A stretch of 64,000 nt of DNA from Podarcis muralis (taxonomy: Eukaryota), in assembly GCF_964188315.1 (NCBI RefSeq), contig NC_135664.1:40424001-40488000 (forward strand). Reading direction: 5' to 3'. A program made the translations under genes and the position numbers. Shown piece by piece: positions 62,028 to 64,000 of the stretch. The notes below the pieces were generated by a model, which was not told where the DNA came from, made no database searches, and saw only the letters and a list, made by a program, of their open reading frames with translations. The number at the start of each line of letters is the position of its first letter. Within the stretch, counting starts at the first letter, position 1.

Positions 62028-64000
62028 AAATAATTCTCTGGTCTCAATTATGTTTACCATAGCCTGCAAGGCCATTAGCACCATAGTGAAGAGCGGGTAG
62101 GTGGCATAGGCCGAGAGACAGTGGTCTGCTGTAAAGCCCACTTGGTGACTTTATGCTGAGTTGGTATTTTAAATGGGGATGTCCTAGTTCATCATCCCTG
62201 TACTAGGGATGTCCTGCTTCATGGGGATGTCCTAGTTCATCATCCCTAGTTTTCATCCCTGTACCTACCACAGCACTGATGCCCTTCCATTTGTTAGCAT
62301 ATCACATCACACAAAGACAGTTTCACAATTACACAATAAAACTTGGCTGACAAATTCCGGGAGGTTTGACTAAAGCAGACGTAAGCTCTAAGAAAGCCTG
62401 TAAGGTTTCATGAGATTCCACAATGGTCCAGAATGTTCTAGGACAAGTGTCACCAAACCTTTGAGGCCTGAGGGCACATTGGAAGTTTGAGAGAATGACA
62501 CATGGGTAGGGTTGCCATATTTCAAACAGTGAAAATCCAGACAGAAAACAAAAAATCCCACCAGAACTCCAAATTCCAAATTCTCTTCGAATGAAAGTTT
62601 GCATTGGAAAGAAGTATGATATCAACGGCTAAATGGGAAGGAAGAGGAAATGGATATAGTTGGGTATTTCCAGAGCTATCTATGTTAGCAAGCTCATATC
62701 TCAGGGAATTGGGATTGAAGCCTTCATTAGGGAACTAGAGAGACACTCCAGGACCAAATCTTTGCTCACAGTGCATGACAATAGAATGTTTATAGCTTCA
62801 GTATATAATAATGTTTTTGTAGGCTGTTATCATTAAAATGATAAATGTGTAAAAAAAAAAAATCCAGCACACGCATTCTTCCATGAGTTTAATGAAATGC
62901 TAATGTAATGGTTATAAATACATGGAATTATAAATGACAGATCTTAGATAACAGTTTCCAACTGCTACACACTGTCACATAAAATTTGATGAAGTACCTT
63001 AATAATGAGGCGGCTTGCCTATTAGATTACAAAGACCGTTTTATAGCTTATGTCACTTCAGCAGTGTCCCCAAAGATTGATAAGTATCTTCTGATATAAC
63101 CATAAGCATTTTATAAGTGCAAAAGGTAAGCACCTCCAAGAAAGCAGGGCCAAATTAATTAAAGACATTATGACTTCCCAACACTTTAAAAAAAATTATC
63201 AAAGGTTCTGTTAGTTAAGCACACTGAGCAACATAGACCTAGGACATGGTCAATGGCAGGTCCACCATTATGGGCATTTGAAGAGCATGGAAGAAATAAA
63301 GAAAGCTGCATCATCTTGTTTGTTTTGGTTTTCCAGCATAAGGTAGATGAATGAAACAGGCAGTCGACGCCTCTGTATACCAATACAATATATATGGTAT
63401 ATCCTCCATATATCTGTATATCAACTCATTAAATTGTGTGCATTTGAGTACCCTGGGATCCGGAGACTGTGATGAGACAGGGGAGTAGGAAATGCATCGT
63501 TGTGTTTTCCTTGTGCAACTGGAATTGTGTCAGGGGAAACACCTGAACAGAGCTATAGAGGAGATGAGAACAGCATCCAGTGAGAAGCAAAGGGAAATCT
63601 CACAGCAAGTTTGGAAAAGCAGTCTTCAAGGTCAGTTACGTGCTTCCTTCTCTCACCTCAAACAATACATTTTAAGGTTGTTTATTTGGGGGGGGGATAC
63701 TTCAAGTGGCACAGAATATAGCTGTGTGCAATTATTGTGCTCAGAGAGGAATTTAAAAGATTAAGCATAATTCCTGCTGGGGTTTAAGCCAGTAATTATA
63801 AATAGAGTTGGGACTTATTCTTGCAGCGTTGAGCACTCCAGGCTAGGTAAAAGCTCTTTGCTCTTTCATCTCATTTTCCATGTGCAGTGAAGTTTTTGTA
63901 TGTTTGTGTGGAGGGACCTTTGGTCAAATGACACAGGTATATCAGATCATCTGCTCTTTGCAAGAACTAGGCTTTAGGGCAGAATGACACTAGGTGCAGG

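Overview
Vertebrate, CpG-poor, essentially non-coding DNA (gene desert or large intron). The repeat content (Sauria SINEs with ACCTTT tails, Ther1/MIR-derived Squam3-type SINEs, BovB/RTE, L2, CR1, hAT and Tc1/mariner MITEs) points to a squamate reptile, probably a lacertid lizard (inference). I found no recognisable host gene, RNA gene, CpG island or CRISPR array. The only ORFs I can identify are retrotransposon reverse transcriptase remnants (BovB at 40.3, 47.2 and 53.9 kb; L2 at 52.8 kb; CR1 at 31.0 kb). I found no convincing new biological system. The best leads are: two Sauria SINE insertions whose target sites both mimic the SINE tail; a solo LTR with a perfect 5-bp TSD and intact promoter motifs; nested TE stacks; long palindromic elements; and two unassigned minus-strand exon-like segments with good splice signals. 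TE family names come from my recall of consensus sequences, not from a database search. Boundaries of old elements are approximate.
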